From Basidiobolus meristosporus CBS 931.73 (taxonomy: Eukaryota > Fungi > Basidiobolomycota): a stretch of 64,000 bases of DNA. Shown here piece after piece: positions 62,881 to 64,000 of the stretch; the stretch's first letter is position 1, and the number at the start of each line of letters is the position of its first letter. The stretch spans positions 78,724 through 142,723 of the forward strand of contig MCFE01000176.1 in NCBI GenBank assembly GCA_002104905.1, in the 5' to 3' direction. The position numbers were made by a program, and so were the translations under genes. The notes under the pieces are model-generated. The model saw only the letters and a program-made list of their open reading frames with translations. It did not search any database and was not told where the DNA came from.

Positions 62881-63779
62881 GGGTTAGGGGGGGAGACAGT
62901 CACCAACAGGTGAAATCTTTATTTCAGTTGAAACAAAGAAGCCAGCGCTACTGTTGTAGCTTTGATACAAGAGTGTGTAGCTGAGGGGAATTTGTAGGTA
63001 AGTTAATAAGAAGTGATGATAGTTCTTCAGTGCTCAAGACACTGTTCAGTGGGAAGGGGGGTAGCAAGAGAGGTAAGAATGACTTGTGAACAACATTAAT
63101 GAGGGGAATGTGATAAGGATTGATATTCATCATAAAGGGAGTGTGCTGCTGCAGATATTGCTGCCAAAGGTCTGTCAAGTACTTCAGGTAGGCCAGCTTG
63201 GGTTTTTCTGACTGCAGAATATAGTGAGCAAACTTCTTGACTTCAGGATCTCCAAGTATAGTTCTCCAGCAGGAGTCAGGTGTAGTGTGGTGTGTTCTCT
63301 TCCAGGCCTTAATCAGTGGGTTGTTGCAGTTGTGAAGTCTGAGGTATAATCTGGTTCTAAGGTAGAGAAGTCTGATCTTATAGGGCATAAACCCAAAAGC
63401 ACCAAGAATAGCATGTCTGTAGGGGCATTCAGGCAAATGAGGCACCAAGGAGGTAATGCACCATACTGCAAACTTGTCAAGCTTAGTGCAGTCTCTAGAA
63501 GCAAGAGAGAGAAGTGGTAAGCCAAATTCCAGGACAGGGAAGACAAACTGCTTGAGTAGAAGGAGGCAGCTGGGAGCTGAAGTTGTAGGAGGAGTAACAG
63601 CCAGTAGCTTGTGGAGTGCCTGTCTTGCCAGGATAATTCTCTTCTTCAGGTGTGCTCCAGAGTCTAGTCCAGTAGGAAGGAAAGGAAAGCCAAGATATGT
63701 AGCAGAAACCTGAGCAGGTAGAGTGGAGTTCTCCAAGTTGATGGGAGAGCCCAAAGGTACTGTCTTTGCAATGGAAAGC
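62881..63779 (-). mobile_element. Telomere-capped, 5'-truncated non-LTR-type retroelement (RT thumb/C-terminus plus 3' module)
   Basis: Frame open from the telomere junction (KLSIAKTVPLG..TYLGFPF..KQFVFPVLEFGL) to a stop at 62948; then AATAAA (62923-62918), stem-loop and CCCCCTAACCC. Confidence 0.8.
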
Positions 63780-64000
63780 TTAGGGTTAGGGTTAGGGTTA
63801 GGTTTAGGGTTAGGTTTAGGGTTAGGGTTAGGGTTAGGGTTAGGGTTAGGGTTAGGTTAGGGTTAGGGTTAGGGTTAGGGTTAGGGTTAGGGTTAGGGTT
63901 AGGGTTAGGGTTAGGGTTAGGGTTAGGGTTAGGGTTAGGGTTAGGGTTAGGGTTAGGGTTAGGGTTAGGGTTAGGGTTAGGGTTAGGGTTAGGGTTAGGG
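63780..64000 (+). repeat. Telomere (TTAGGG)n
   Basis: About 37 hexamers running to the window end; variant TTAGGT at 63798 and 63810, TTAGG at 63852. Confidence 0.99.

Noticed and set aside
62948-63779. Assignment of the terminal ORF to TERT or to a Penelope-like RT
   Set aside because: Motifs (YLGFPF; FVFPVLEFGL) look LINE-like; no TERT CTE or PLE thumb features recognised; the catalytic core is missing, so the clade cannot be fixed.

Overview
Right-hand end of a fungal chromosome, terminating in a (TTAGGG)n telomere at 63780-64000. Gene content (MMACHC, CREG, short GT-AG introns with CTAAC/CTGAC branch points) suggests an early-diverging, non-Dikarya fungus; this is inference. There are three compartments. 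(1) 1-22000 is a CpG-depleted transposon graveyard: CACTA transposase relics, a Ty3/gypsy element and a Ty1/copia element carrying nested solo LTRs with readable TSDs, and three long palindromic (foldback) elements. (2) 22400-53100 is a CpG-rich, gene-dense block of about 18 genes: GPI-anchored Cys-domain protein, CREG, EIF1AD, DSS1, MET10, DUF4203, BED-finger/hAT-derived gene, SOD-like mitoribosomal protein, SmB, Rho GTPase, RPL11, Na/Ca exchanger, BRF1, MMACHC, methyltransferase, DOHH, a frameshifted membrane protein and PFK2/FBPase2. (3) 53300-63780 is a CpG-depleted subtelomere of copia LTR debris, with one intact GT25-like glycosyltransferase island. It also holds a chain of telomere-directed retroelement units that share a 3' module (AATAAA, stem-loop, CCCTAA seed); the last unit is a 5'-truncated RT ORF capped directly by the telomere. 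Best leads: this telomere-healing retroelement system, a putative iron/GATA-regulated cell-surface gene pair, a CysG-like domain fused to Met10, and foldback elements with copy-specific arm homogenisation.
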